A stretch of DNA of 63,563 nt, taken from NCBI RefSeq assembly GCF_001194135.2, contig NC_068985.1:69462952-69526514 (forward strand). Direction: 5' to 3'. A model generated the notes under the pieces. It searched no databases. It had not been told where the DNA came from and saw nothing but the letters and a program-made list of their open reading frames with translations. Shown in pieces: positions 24,951-38,534 of the stretch. The translations under genes and the position numbers were made by a program. The DNA is from Octopus bimaculoides (taxonomy: Eukaryota). Positions within the stretch are counted from its first letter, which is position 1; each line of letters opens with the position of its first letter.

Positions 24951-25938
24951 ATGAATAGGCATAATACCCTTCTGTAGTAGTAAACCGAAGTAAAATTCAC
25001 AGAAATTTGCAGTTTCACAATGGCAAAAAAATAGATTTAACTTGACATCATCCACGAAATGTTCATTCGAAATTTGCTAGATCTATACCAGAGGAGAATA
25101 TTAATTTCAGTGCATATCATCATTGAATCATAGTTGGTGTCACCATAGAGTCACAAGAGTGACTAATGTCAGACCTAAGCTAAATCTATATTTATTATTT
25201 ATTCTAATTTACAAATCTTCTTTCATGCGTGTTTATCTTATGGCAATGTGTAAATATATATGCGTATGTGTGTCGGCTCGTGTGAGCATACAGTTACTTA
25301 CAAAAACAGAAACTCAAGCTACGTCATATTAAGTCAACACACAAGTAACTAAATCGATTTTAATCGTACAAAATGCGGCGAAGGAAGAGTATATAAAAAT
25401 ATATCAATAATCAATTATTTTAGCCAGAAAATCTCCCATATTCATCTATTCCAAAATCTTTCGGAATCCTCAGGGCTTAAAAGCCATAGAAATCAATCTA
25501 AGTTGAATCAAGCAACGCAAAACATAAAAAATCATTTCAAAACTATGACTGAAAACATAGATTGGCGATATTGATAAACTGACAGAATTGTAACCGAAAG
25601 GATGCTCCAACATGGTCTTAGACGTAAAAAACAAAAGAAGACAAAGACCTAAATGTAAACGTTTGTTTGCCCTGACACAAATATGTACTTATCTATGTAG
25701 TTATGCATGAGTGTATCTGTGTGTGTATGTGTGTGCGTGTGTGCATACGCACGCGCACGCATTTATCTCTTATCAAACATTCTCTTTTAATCCCTGTGTG
25801 TGTACGAATATGTGTGTGTATGTGCTTGTGTGCATCCATGTATATATGTATATACACACACACGCACATTCATATCCAGAGTGATAGACGGAAAATAGTG
25901 ACAGAGCGATAAGCAAACAGACAGACAGACAGACAGAC

Positions 25939-26011
<73 letters not shown>

Positions 26012-26389
26012 TACATGCTTAGAGATACGTACTAACACACACACACTTACGTACATATTAGTAATCATGCACACAGGCGAATACACAAACATACACGTAA
26101 ACCCACCTATGTACACATTTGCACACGCACACACACGCACAAACACACACACACGCATATATAGTGGGAAATACAAAATTGGTCCTATAATGAAAATGCA
26201 AACAAAATTTGCCAGCTGTTTCCCCGCGGCAAATTCGATCGGAAATTGAACATATACTGCTTAAGTGCCTCTATTTTCCAAGGCAGCTGTCTTTATAAGG
26301 GGGAAATGAAATAGCTGCATTCTCGGGCTACTATGCTAATCTTCTGTCAGGTCAGGGAGAAACAAACGTTGTTCTTTAATTTTTCTCAG

Positions 26390-26454
26390 AAGCCTTTGAT
26401 GTTATTGCTGACTTCAGTTATCTTCTGTATGGAATGGACAAAAGAATCATTGAA
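26390..26454 (+). CDS. Candidate isolated internal exon (phase 1-0), EAFDVIADFSYLLYGMDKRIIE
   Basis: Acceptor GTTCTTTAATTTTTCTCAG, donor GAA|GTAAGA, open 65-nt frame in non-repetitive sequence. Confidence 0.35.
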
Positions 26455-26741
26455 GTAAGATAAAAGAGTAAATGTGGGATCTTTTAGGTTTACAGTTGAT
26501 CTAAGCTACCCACCAGGTCATATATTAAGGGGCACAAATGTAATTTTTTTTAGCTTTTACTCGTTTTTAATACGTCTTTTGTCTCTTTTATTTATTTCTA
26601 GTAGGGACAGCTGAGCTCTGGTAATCTTATTAAAATAATCCATCAGTATTGGAGACATGCATGCACACAAGAGCCTCTTTGACTTGGGCATTTTTATGTG
26701 CATGCTTAATTGCAATTATTTAAATTCGCAGAGACGTATAT

Positions 26742-26790
<49 letters not shown>

Positions 26791-27399
26791 CATACACACA
26801 CGGACATATGTACACACACGTACACACACATATCAGTGTGTTCGTGTATGCGGCAGTGTGTGTGCACATCGTAGGCGTTCGATTTATTTCTTTAGCAGTG
26901 AATATTTACCTATGTATAAACGTGTAATATATANNNNNNNNNNNNNNNNNNNNNNNNNNNNNNNNNNNNNNNNNNNNNNNNNNNNNNNNNNNNNNNNNNN
27001 NNNNNNNNNNNNNNNNNNNNNNNNNNNNNNNNNNNNNNNNNNNNNNNNNNNNNNNNNNNNNNNNNNNNNNNNNNNNNNNNNNNNNNNNNNNNNNNNNATT
27101 TTGACAAATTAAATTTAAATATTGAAGTGAATCTAACGGATGTTGTGTTTTTAAAAGTCTTATGAAACACCTTCCACTCTGTAATTGTTTATATACATGT
27201 ATATATTTAAACAAACGCACATATATGGATGTATGTATGCATGCATGAGTGCATGTATGTATGCATGTATGTATGTATGTGTGTGTGTATGCATGTATGC
27301 ATGTATGTACGTATTAGTGGCTTTATAAATATTACCCAAAGAACACGATACGTGATGATACATAAGAGAATACCTAAACATTTTAATGTTAGTTTCATT

Positions 27400-27590
27400 A
27401 CTATCTCCGAAATAGGGAGCAAAACGACAGTTCTTTGAGCATGGATAGCAGCTACACTTCTAGAGAAATACTGTACATCAGTACTGATGGCATAGCTGCT
27501 TATACTAATAGGCGCTACCAGGTTTGTTTGCGCGAAAATAGCAAAGAACATCCACTGCCTTCCTAAAAGGAAATCTGTGACTAATTTAAT
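27400..27590 (+). mobile_element. Possible hAT (Charlie-like) transposase fragment
   Basis: LYISTDGIAAYT...NIHCLPKR resembles the xSTDGAxAMxG...HCxxHR core. Confidence 0.4.
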
Positions 27591-29833
27591 TTGTCATCAA
27601 TTACGCAAATTGACCATCAGAATCTAATGCTCGGCTTTGAGACAAAAGTGATCTGCGGATAAATTAATTGTTATGAATAATAACTAGAAGATTGTTCTCG
27701 GGAGATAAATTATGTACGATGACAAACAATGAAAGACTTCGTGTAGTCCGTGACATAGCTCACTTGGGTATTTCACTCCTCTCTTTTCGAATAAAATTGC
27801 ATGTATAACAAGCAAAGAAAGAAGAGTAAGTTATGAGAGTACATATTTCCTAATGGTCTAAGTAATGCATACAACATAAATCAAGAATCTATCGATTACT
27901 CTCATGAGGAATTCCATCTGAAAAATATTGCGTTCATTCTCCTTTCTTAAAGAAAACGATGCAAAAATAATTGTTGTTGGAATATACGTTCTTGTTGATG
28001 AAACAGAGATAGTTTCCTTGAAGTTTTAAGCAGATCAATTCACAGCTGCTAGAGTACCTCACCTGTACTCTACGGAACCTAAGAGATTGTAAGGCGATCA
28101 TACATAGGCAGAGACTATATATATATTATCTTATTCATTTTTGTTGACTATATATATATTCTCTTATTCATCTTCTCCTCCCGTCTCCCTCCCACCACCT
28201 CCAGCCTCATTGTCCGCACTCCGGGACCCCAACCATTTACTTCCTTTCCAAACTCCACAAGCCCAACAAACCTGGCTTCCCCATCGTCTTCGTCTGTAAC
28301 AGCCAATACGGAATTGATCTCAAAATACCTCGAGCGTGTCTTTGCCCCCTAGTAGCTTTCCTCCCCTCCCATATCCACGACACTAACCACGCTCTCTGTC
28401 TCTTCAATTCTGTCTCCTTCTCTCCTGGATCCTCTAAACTTCTCTTCACTCTTGATATCTAGAGTCCATATAGGGTGGTCCCACACAACGAACTACTTGC
28501 ACTGAAACACTTCTTAGATCTTCGACTTAAACCCCAACCTGACGCCTTCAAACGTCTTCGTCTGGCCGAAATTGTTCTCTCCCTCAATTGCTTCCCGTTC
28601 ACGGGGTATTTTTACCAACCTGTCTCAGGTGTGGGCATGGGAACGACAATGGGCCCCAACTATGTGAATCACTTCGTTGGCTAAGTTGAGGCCCAAATAT
28701 GCTCATGATTCACCAGTCCCACTCAAGAGCTATAGGTCGTTATATTGATGACTGTGCGATGCCATTCTCTCTTATGGAAAAAAAAAACACTTCTTCCTCT
28801 CCTTTGTCCCAACATTCCATCCTGCCCTCGAATTCTCCTGCACTATTTCCAACACTTCCGTCGCATTTCTCGACATTTCGGTCAACATACAACATTCCGC
28901 TCTTACTACCTCTATTTACTACAAACATAGTGACTCACACGCATACCTCATCTTGTCCTCCTCCCACACTACTCAAACCAAGATCTCCATTCCCTACACT
29001 CAATTCCTCCGTCTGCGCATACTCTGCACTGACAACCATGACTTTGAGATAGTCTCAACTCATGGCTCTCCACTTCGTGGATATCCTCTCGCAACTAACC
29101 ACACAGCCCTTGCCAGAGCACATTCCGTGGACCGTGGACCACCTCTCTCTCCCCTCACTCGTACCGTCGTTGCCCGTCACTCGTTTCCCTTCACCTACTA
29201 ACCCTCCACCCTGCCCCTCCAATGCACCATTCTCTGACGCTTCCGGCATATTTTCCCCAACCTATCACTTCCCTCCTTCAAACGAGCCCACAACCTGAGT
29301 GACCTCCTGGTACACAGTTTCTTCCCTAATCCCACCTCCCAGCCTGACAATTTCCCCTACTCCTGCCCACGTTGCTGCAATTGCCCCTACCTTACCAACA
29401 CCACTATCCTCACAGGCAGCCATCATCATCCCTATCATATCACCGATTCCTTTACCTGCACTTCTAGCAACGTCATTAACTGCATCTCCTGCTCTTTCTG
29501 CCCTTCTCTCTGTATCAGTCAAGCGGGGTTCAGCTTGACTGACCGGTTCGCGGAGCAGCTTCGAGACATCAGATTTAGCAATGACACCTTAGTCTCACGC
29601 TATTTCCAGTCTACTGGTCATTCACAACAACACCGGTCTGTGTTCGGATTGTCTTTGCACAGGGGCCATCTGGACTCCTGCTTTGCCGTGAACAGGAATT
29701 AAACTTCTCTCTTCGCTCTTATGCGCTGCATGTGCTAAAATCCCCTCCTGTCTTTATCTGACTCCCCTCCTATCCTTCCTTCCTCTGACACCTACTTCCT
29801 ATCTTCACTGCTACACACCTTTTCTCTTCCTTC

Positions 29834-30326
29834 TTGAAAGATGGGAGATAACAAAGTATTGTCGATCCCAAAATGAAGGTGCCCGCGTGTTTGTGTATGT
29901 GAGAATGTATAGGTGTATAACAACACCGCACCATGCCACACCACCCACCTCTCAACACCACGCCACCCACACTCCCACACACCCACACAACAGCCCCACA
30001 TTACAGCACACGACACACACCACTACACCACCACACAATATCCCACCACGGCACACCACTATACACACACTAGCACTGCGCACTTCCCAGTACCCACACG
30101 CACACATCATCATCTGCACAAGTACACACCAGCATCCGCGCGCACGCACATACCATTATCCACACACCCATACTTTACAGACGCACACAGTTTCGCCCGC
30201 ACACATCCACACTTCAAAGTCATTAGCCCCTATCCACACACATACACCTATACATTCTCACATACACAAACACGCGGGCACCTTCATTTTGGGATCGACA
30301 ATACTTTGTTATCTCCCATCTTTCAA
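29834..30326. repeat. Perfect 85-bp inverted repeat (29834-29918 / 30242-30326) around a degenerate CA-rich spacer
   Basis: TTGAAAGATGGGAGATAACAAAGTATTGTCGATCCC...AGGTGTAT is the reverse complement of 30242-30326. Confidence 0.92.
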
Positions 30327-30367
30327 CCTCTCCTGTCAAACACGTTATTACCAAATTGTCGCCATGG

Positions 30368-30419
30368 CTGAAGAACATGGGCTCGAAACGTAAGATACTT
30401 TTTCACATTACCGAGCGTC
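30368..30419 (+). ncRNA. Minimal hammerhead-ribozyme-like core in the Penelope tail
   Basis: CUGAAGA-ACAUGGGCUC-GAAACG...CGUC. The core strings and a 3-bp helix III with a GUC triplet are present; the helix II closing pair is mutated and helix I is not evident. Confidence 0.45.
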
Positions 30420-31144
30420 AAACTAATACACCTGCTTGTTGTTCATACACTTGTCTTCGTCATTTGATTTTCCGTAAATGTTAACTATATATATATATAT
30501 ATATNNNNNNNNNNNNNNNNNNNNNNNNNNNNNNNNNNNNNNNNNNNNNNNNNNNNNNNNNNNNNNNNNNNNNNNNNNNNNNNNNNNNNNNNNNNNNNNN
30601 NNNNNNNNNNNNNNNNNNNNNNNNNNNNNNNNNNNNNNNNNNNNNNNNNNNNNTATATAATTGAGATTCAGTTGAATTAGGTACCTAAGTTGAAGCACCA
30701 AGTCACTGCGGTATTATCCGTTCAACACAAAGTAAGCTGAATAAAATCAAAATAAACAACAGGATATCAAGAAGTGATGCAGTACGACTGTTTGAAGCGA
30801 TTCCATTTAATTGAACAATTATTACATCATTCATTACATCAATTTAAAAGTAGGGCTATCCACATCTGCATAAATAAATAGAATTTTTTAATCAGTTGGA
30901 CACATTAATATAATTTTACTCAAATTCTTTAATAGCTCAAGAAGAGGGAGAAATTCCATGTTGGTACTAATGTCACTCAGAATATACTACACTTCTAAGA
31001 ACTGTATGAAGTTTGTTATGGTCATAGCTTGTAAATGATTGTGGTTCACTTTTAATTTATTAGTCTTTATATATATATATATATATCCTTCTATTCTGCT
31101 ACTTGTTCCAGTCAATTGACTGTAGCCATATCTATCTATCTATC

Positions 31145-31178
<34 letters not shown>

Positions 31179-31465
31179 CATGTACGTACATGCATGCATG
31201 CATACATACACACATATATACATACATGCATACATCCATAGATTCGTACATACATAGACACTGGTGTAGGCTCAAGTTTGCTACTTGTATATCACAGTTG
31301 TAATGAGTGATTAAACGGGATTTCACATTATCACGTAGCTTGTCTCCTTCAATCAACTGTATTCTTTAGTGAATCACTTATGACAATGGAAAAATGATCC
31401 TTTATTTCTTGCAATGTAGTCATGTGTAAAGTTAGATCATTAAACTTTCTTCCTTGAAAATTTAG

Positions 31466-31540
31466 ATATATTTATTAACACTGCAAACGACGAGGTTAAC
31501 AGCCGCACAGGTATCTACGAAGATAGTAGCTTTAAGTAGA
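31466..31540 (+). CDS. Candidate small exon DIFINTANDEVNSRTG (or terminal ..GIYEDSSFK*)
   Basis: Acceptor ACTTTCTTCCTTGAAAATTTAG, donor CAG|GTATCT at 31510; splice pattern only. Confidence 0.2.
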
Positions 31541-32079
31541 TGTGATTTAGTAAAAGGAGGATAAACACCAATAATAGCGAACTGGATGGATTTCAAATGA
31601 TTTTTGTTATTAATGCTGTTGAGATTTTCAATGTTAACTATCACTAATTCGGTTTATGCTCAGGTTATATTATAATCAGAGATCCCAGACTCCTCATTAA
31701 ATTATATTTCCAAAACTCTGCAACTGATAAGTGTAAGAAATCTTGGGATTTATATTTTAATGTTTAATCTATATGAAGTTGGGTGTCTCTGCGTTACGTT
31801 TCGTATTTGTAGTATTTTGGCGTCATTTTTATAAGTAAAATATTCTTTGTATTGCTGGGTATTGGCCTGCTTTATTGACTTTAGTCGAAAACTACAATTG
31901 TTTGTTGTTATCTGAAGAAATATGAAGTTATCAGTTGCTGAAGTTTGTTAGATTCATGTCCGAAGAGCCTGAAACCTGTTGTAGACTTACATACGCCTGT
32001 GCCTGGCGAAACAAAACAATATGTTTCGATTCAGAACGTCATACTGAGGGGCTCTTGATTTGAAACCAAATTTATTTTC

Positions 32080-32965
32080 AACGAGTATCGGCTGAAAACT
32101 TGCTCGTATGCAATGTAGTCAAATGGGGTCTATTTTTCAACATAGCCTTCCCAACTGTCCACATATTTCTTCTATCGGTGTTGCTGTACTTGGAACCCAT
32201 TGGTGAGGAAGCTGTCATCCTGTCAGTCAAAAATGTCATGATGTATCGTAGTCATCACTACGACAAGGTTCCCAGCCAAGCGTTGTTCCATGTTAGAGAA
32301 CAGATAATAGTGAAATGGGGCCAAATAAGTAAAATAGGAAGGGTGATCAACCGGTTCTAATCTACGGTCTCATGCAGCAGCTGTCGAAATCAAGGTTTTG
32401 TGTGCTGAAGAATTGTCCTGATAAAATAAGATACTCTCGTCAGTTTCACTGACCTTTTGATCTTGATAGACTCTCATAACTGCCTCAACAAGTTGCCATA
32501 TAACTCCATTCTTCGTGTGACTCTTTTGAAGAAAGTCGATAAATGTAATGCATTTTGCATCGGAAAAAACTGAGGTCATCACCTTTCTTGCAAATGAAAA
32601 CACCATGGCTTTTTCAGAGCAGGTAATGAGGTGTATTTTACTTGCATGGATTGTCTCTTTTTCTCAGGCACAAAGTCATAAGCCCAACACTCATAATGGG
32701 TAAGAAAACGTTGAAGGAAAACAGCTGTATTTGCCTCAATGTCAGATTCTTACGTGATGTGACCAGTGCAGTACACTTTGGTGAGGTATCAGAAAACATG
32801 ACAGCTACTGAGCAGAAACTTTGGCCATGCCAAGTTCATTGAATACAATAACACTGGCTATTTGATTCGTAGTCAGTCGTCTGTCATCCATCACCATGCA
32901 AGGTTTCAGACCTCTTGAAGGATTCAGAACGTTTCAGCCTATGAGCATTTCAGTCTACCCTCGTA
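32080..32965 (-). mobile_element. Mariner (Tc1/mariner) element, internally deleted, with both TIRs
   Basis: DDRRLTTNQIA, WAYDFVPEKKRQSMQ, KVMTSVFSDAKCITFIDFLQK and ILFYQDNSSAHK. TIR TACGAGGGTAGACTGAAA ends at 32965 on TA, with a degenerate copy at about 32080. Confidence 0.88.
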
Positions 32966-34059
32966 TAAAATTCCGACATGCGCATTTTTGTTATTCTTAT
33001 GACAAACTCTTTGCGATAAAACAAAGGAAACCCATCCATGGTATTTTACGTTGCTGGAAACGTTGGTTAAATCGGTCATTCTTAAATCTTCTTTAAAATC
33101 AAGGTGAATTAATCTCGATAGAATATAATACTAGACACTCTGTATGTGAATAAAATATGAAATCGCTACACGTCGAATATCTTCATGACAGGTTTGTTAC
33201 ATGAAGGTAAACTTCGCTTTAAACAACAACAGCAGTAGCAGTATAATAGTTGCTCACCTATAAATGTGGCTAGCATTTATATAAAAGAAAATTCACTTAT
33301 TTTAATTCCATAATGATTATAAAATTTCATGTTCTAATTATAAGTCTGACAGATGAAACAATAAACAAGCAAACAAACACATAGAATCAAAATTAGGAAA
33401 GAAATAGTAGATTTTTATAAATAAACATGTTTTCTATCAAATAACATCATAGTTTATAAAACAAATTGTATTAAAGAGCTTTTAGAAGATTGGAAGCTAA
33501 ACATTAAACAAATGAAAGAATTAACTGAGAATTAGTCTTGAAAATATCTTTAGAAGTAAATTAATAATTTTCTGGGTGTATACAGTGGCATGAGTCCATT
33601 AATATATTAGGATGGCAGTGGGTGGTATATGAGAACATTGGTGGAATTTTGTAGAAGGTGTATAAAATAAAATGAGTTGTGTCTACTTATGTACCAACTT
33701 CTGATTTGTCATCAGATGTGTTCCACTTAGATTCTTTCGAATTCGGTAAATTAAATACGAGTTAAAATGCATGTGAAGGGATGGCAGAAATTTATTCAAC
33801 GACATAATATCTGAACAAAATAACTGGTTTTGTGCACAATTCTATAAAACAATATTTTGGTACAGATATATGCACGGACTGAATGCTTCAATATGCCTAT
33901 ATCTTTGTTCAATAGCACTGTTACACGTAAGCATATAAAACATCTACTCATGATCCACAGGTCACCGGCTAAAATGCTTCCCCAGTTGGTTTTGCTCGGT
34001 GCAAGCTTTGTGCGAACAGCCTGCAAATGTTAAATAAGGTGAAAGGCGGATAAGTCATC

Positions 34060-34325
34060 CATGTACGGGGTGCCATAAAGGTAAAAGATAAATATACCTT
34101 CTCGCGTCAAACCAACTCATAAGGGCCAGTTTCTTGGTTTCATAGCGTATATATTCACCACTTGGAGTGGACGTCGGTCCACCACAGGATTACTTATATT
34201 TGCCAGCTGGGTGGACTGGAGTAAAATGAGATGAAGTATTTTGCTCAAGAACACAGTCGAGGAATCAAAATCACAACCTCACGATCATGAGTCCAACACC
34301 CTAACAACGAAGCCTCGCACCTCTA
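34060..34325 (-). mobile_element. tRNA-derived SINE (third family)
   Basis: Plus-strand CCAGCTGGGTGGACTGGAGTAAAATGAGATGAAGTATTTTGCTCAAGAACAC followed by the reverse complement of a tRNA-like head. Confidence 0.7.
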
Positions 34326-35094
34326 CAGGGGTGACATGCCCACCACTAAGATCACTAAACATAATGAAGTACTTGGATGGTAGATAAAGCAGTATATATT
34401 TGATGATTAAATGATAATTTTCTAGACCGCGTGTATACAACATTCTCAAACCCAAGATGGCGGAATAGATCGGTGAATATTTGAAATGGTCCTAACGCGG
34501 GAAATAATATGGGTTCACCTTCACTTGGACACACGTACACAGGCAAACACACACACACACACACACATACAAGCACACATAGACGCACACTCACATACAC
34601 ACACACACAAGCACACAAAACACACATCCACAAACACAAAGTTGCACATATATACACATATCAATATATACATACAGGGAGGTGGAGATAGAAGTGGGAC
34701 AGAGAGAGAGAAGGACGAGTTTCGATAGTAAAACAAATGTATTCCTGAAATTGCTATATGATAAAATATTATTCATCTTATGTGTAGTAAATTTAGAAGC
34801 CCCCTTTCTCTCTCTGGATTTTAATCCCACCTTCTCTATGTGGCACACATATATACTGGTTGTTAGAATATAAATCTACGGTATTTTCAGTCACGAACTG
34901 CCTGCCAAGAATTTCTATATTCGGTTTAAAGGATTATACCATGATCCAAATTGTGTACAGACGTTAAAAATGAATATAACATGACCTTTTTCTCTTTTAT
35001 TTCTAATACCTTCTTCAGATTCGCTGTTAATAGTATGTTTAACACTAATTTCGGGTGTGATTGAGCAATCCTATGAGTATGATATGAAAAAAAA

Positions 35095-35570
35095 AAAGAC
35101 ATCCTGCCATGACAACTATGTCACTCTTCTTGCCGGCGTAGTTTATCTATGATTATATTATCGACATAGCCTTTGTTTCTTAAGTTGGCGTGGCTTGATA
35201 TGAGAAATAGTTGGCTGCTATTTCTTGCAGCGCGAGTGACTAATTATAGAATTCAGCATCAAGTCATCTATATGTCTTAGTTTTAATATTTGCGAACCGA
35301 AACTCTATGTATGCCAATGTATTTTGTCTAAACCTCTTAGAAAAACATTCAATGCAATTTAAAATATGGGTATTGATAAAAGCCAACAATAGACATGCTG
35401 TGCTTGGGTTTACCTGGAAGAAATAACAATATATTCCCATCAAATCGCATGGTATCTCTTCCAGAACAAAATATGAGTTATTGGATAATGTAGTCGTAGA
35501 TACACAGGACACTTAGTATGGAAAATCTTTCATTATAAGTATGCTGTGGCAAAGCTGGCGTGGATATAAA
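35095..35570 (+). mobile_element. Probable decayed piggyBac transposase core fragment
   Basis: Across frameshifts: AMTTMS, K*LAAI, FANR, ILSKP..FKIWVL and H..MENLF, collinear with piggyBac atMS/DKLAAI/FRGR/KPxKYGIKIW/DNFFT. Confidence 0.45.
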
Positions 35571-36504
35571 ATAACAAAATAACCAACAAAATTTAGAGAA
35601 AGGAAACTAAAGAATAGATACTTTAAAACATACAGCTTTCTCCCAATAACATGAAGAAATATTTCTACCTGTACTTCATAGTGTTCTTAGTTATTTTATT
35701 ACATTTATAAGCAGTAATATGAAAAAGGCCATGTTTTTCTTAATTTGGACATTAAAAAGTAAAGCGGGATTCTGAGAATATTCGAGATGGTTTTAAAACA
35801 GCATCATTAAATCTTTACTGTTGCTCTTATCTAATTTCTAACTACGGAAATGTGTTTATTTCTTAGAAACACCTCCTTCTTTTGGCGACTTAAGAAAGTA
35901 ATATATACGTAGTATAGCATGTACATAGTGCCATATGTGCCTCACTGTTTTCTTATCTACTCGAAGCTTTTTCAAAATCAGTTGTTGTTCGCAAAATAAA
36001 TATGTATGATATAAATGGATGTTTTTTTCGTGGCTGCTATAAATGAAATAAATATACGAATGATTGCGTGAAATTTGTGAGTCTATTTTTGTCATAATCG
36101 TATCTCTACCGTAGTTCTAAGAATGTTCTGCTTTACGTTACTTACATTGTTTGTTCGTATTGTTGATACTATTGTTGTTGTCGCTAGTCTAAAGTAATGC
36201 TGCATCAGTTGCTGAGTCCTTTTGTAAGTGAAAGTTAACCATTCAATCACAATGGTATCAATGGTTCAGTTTCAGATACACTATTTAGTAAATTATCTGC
36301 GTTGTAGGAGTTTTAAAAAAAATCAGTTGGAAATAGACTCGTAACGTCATGATTGTGGAAAGAATTTCTGACAACCAATTACAGAAATATTTTAATGACC
36401 ATCTGTAATTTATGTATTTCCGTGTGTGCAACACTTATACACTTAATGTTTTTGAGTATGTTTGTCTATGAGCACAAAAACACGAGAAATTATCTATCTA
36501 TCTG

Positions 36505-36559
<55 letters not shown>

Positions 36560-36562
36560 GTC

Positions 36563-36601
<39 letters not shown>

Positions 36602-36833
36602 GTAGAGTGAAATACTGAAAGACTTTGTAGCAGTAGATGATATAGATTATATATACTCACTCATATAAGTTCTTCTTCGGTGGAATGCATGGAATGAGAC
36701 CGAGTGAGCGAGAAAATGAGAAACAGAAAAAGAAGTAGTGTAGAGAGAGTAACGTTGTTTAAATAAATGCGTTCTTTTTTGTGCACATTGAATTATACAC
36801 ATTTGTCTGCATATATGTATGTATGTATGCATG

Positions 36834-36908
<75 letters not shown>

Positions 36909-37184
36909 ATGTGTGTGTGTGCGTGTGTGTGTGTATAAGAACGAATATATTCGTATGCTCACACAGATTCTTCATGAAGTAATGAAAACGTATGCTAATG
37001 CAGGCATTCCTTGTTATAAACAGCATATTCACTGATTTTATACACCTGCTAGGGAATGTATTTCTATATCTCCAGGTACGTATCCACATAATATTTCTTT
37101 CAACCGTCCGTGCACATGTAAGTTTTCATTTTAAATATAGAATTATAGATCTATGCATCCATAAGTTTGTACGTATGTGTGTTT

Positions 37185-37236
<52 letters not shown>

Positions 37237-37249
37237 NNNNNNNNNNACA

Positions 37250-37286
<37 letters not shown>

Positions 37287-37329
37287 GTATATATATATAC
37301 GAATAATATTCAAGAGGACAACAAGCGTT

Positions 37330-38240
37330 AAGGCAAAAAAAATATCTCAAGTCGTATACGTTATCATTGGAAACATTCAAAACCTAACAACAGTTTCTTG
37401 GATATCCTGGAGTATGGGATATTCCGTTATCGGAGACAAGTAGGGAAACTTAGACGGGCAAATATTAATGAAATGACGACACAGTGGACCTGAGAAAAAG
37501 ACTAAGTATATTAAGAAAGAGAAGGAAAAATACATCAAAGTTCCACAGTTCAACTCCCAGATCATGTAAAAGTTACACCGTAAGTCTTTAGGTGCAACCC
37601 TCCGTAAATCCACGTAGGTTAAAGTCCTAATATTGTAAATATCCAGAAATAGACGCAAACGTATCAACGTTCAATAACAGAATGGTACCGAAGGTGGCTG
37701 GTAAATAGTAGAAATGATGAAAAATAAATAGAGCGATAGAGAGACTGAGTGAGGGAGGGTATTACGGATTGGCATTAAGGATAATATAAGGTATATAAGG
37801 ATATAGTGTAAAATAATATAGGGTACAAAAATAACCAAGAAGATAAATAAAATATATATAGTTGGAAATAAAGAGAGAGGAGGAGGAGGTAAAGGAAGAT
37901 AACGGGAAAAAACAAAAAAAAAATTAAATGAAAGGAATTCAAAGAGAATAGTAGGTGCCAGTGATATTCTTCTAGTCTGTAGGGGTTGGGAAGGAAATCT
38001 AGTAGTAAGTGCTTGTGTCCGTTTTATGGCTGAGGTCAGTGGCTGTAGAAATATTTTTAGTTATAGGGGTATGGGCGTGTAGATAGTCTTGAATAGAAAA
38101 ACCAGTTGATACGTAGATACGTTCGCGTTTATTTCTGGATATTTACACTCTTAGAACTTTAACCTTCACGGCTTTACACGGGATTGCACCTAAGGAATTA
38201 AGGACTTCATTCTACATGACCAAAAAAGTTGAACTATGAA
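37330..38240. mobile_element. Two related repeat 3' ends (probably Penelope-like) in tail-to-tail orientation
   Basis: 37544-37675 is an imperfect reverse complement of 38105-38238. The left copy is preceded by SQVVYVI and KKEKEKYIKVPQFN*, similar to a PLE GIY-YIG C-terminus. Confidence 0.55.
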
Positions 38241-38460
38241 CTGTGCTTCTTTTTCCCTCTCTCTGTTCGTATCATTATTCATTTATTCCTTCCTATGTGT
38301 CGTCTTTTCATTAATCTATACCCGTTTCATTTTCCTATTTGTCTCAGAAGACGGAAAAACACATACTATGCTATTGGGAATTCTATATGTTCACGTTCGA
38401 GTTTAAATGCCCAAATGAAATCCACTATATTACTTCCCAAGGAAAACACATTCTCATAAC

Positions 38461-38518
<58 letters not shown>

Positions 38519-38534
38519 TAACGAAACCAAAGAC

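Larger units (their letters stand above)
28150..30480 (+). mobile_element. Penelope-like element (Neptune-type): RT, GIY-YIG endonuclease and 3' tail
   Basis: KLHKPNKPG.PIV, LFTLDI, GVGMGTTMGPNY, YIDD (28741-28752), IPYTQFLRLRILC, then CPRCCNCPY...FTCTSSNVINCISCSFC...DRFAEQLRDI (to about 29570). Pyrimidine- and CA-rich 3' region with a CTGAAGA..GCTCGAAACG tail. Confidence 0.92.

Noticed and set aside
29887-30393. His/Thr/Pro-rich ORFs of 152-168 aa
   Set aside because: They result from the CA-rich low-complexity spacer.
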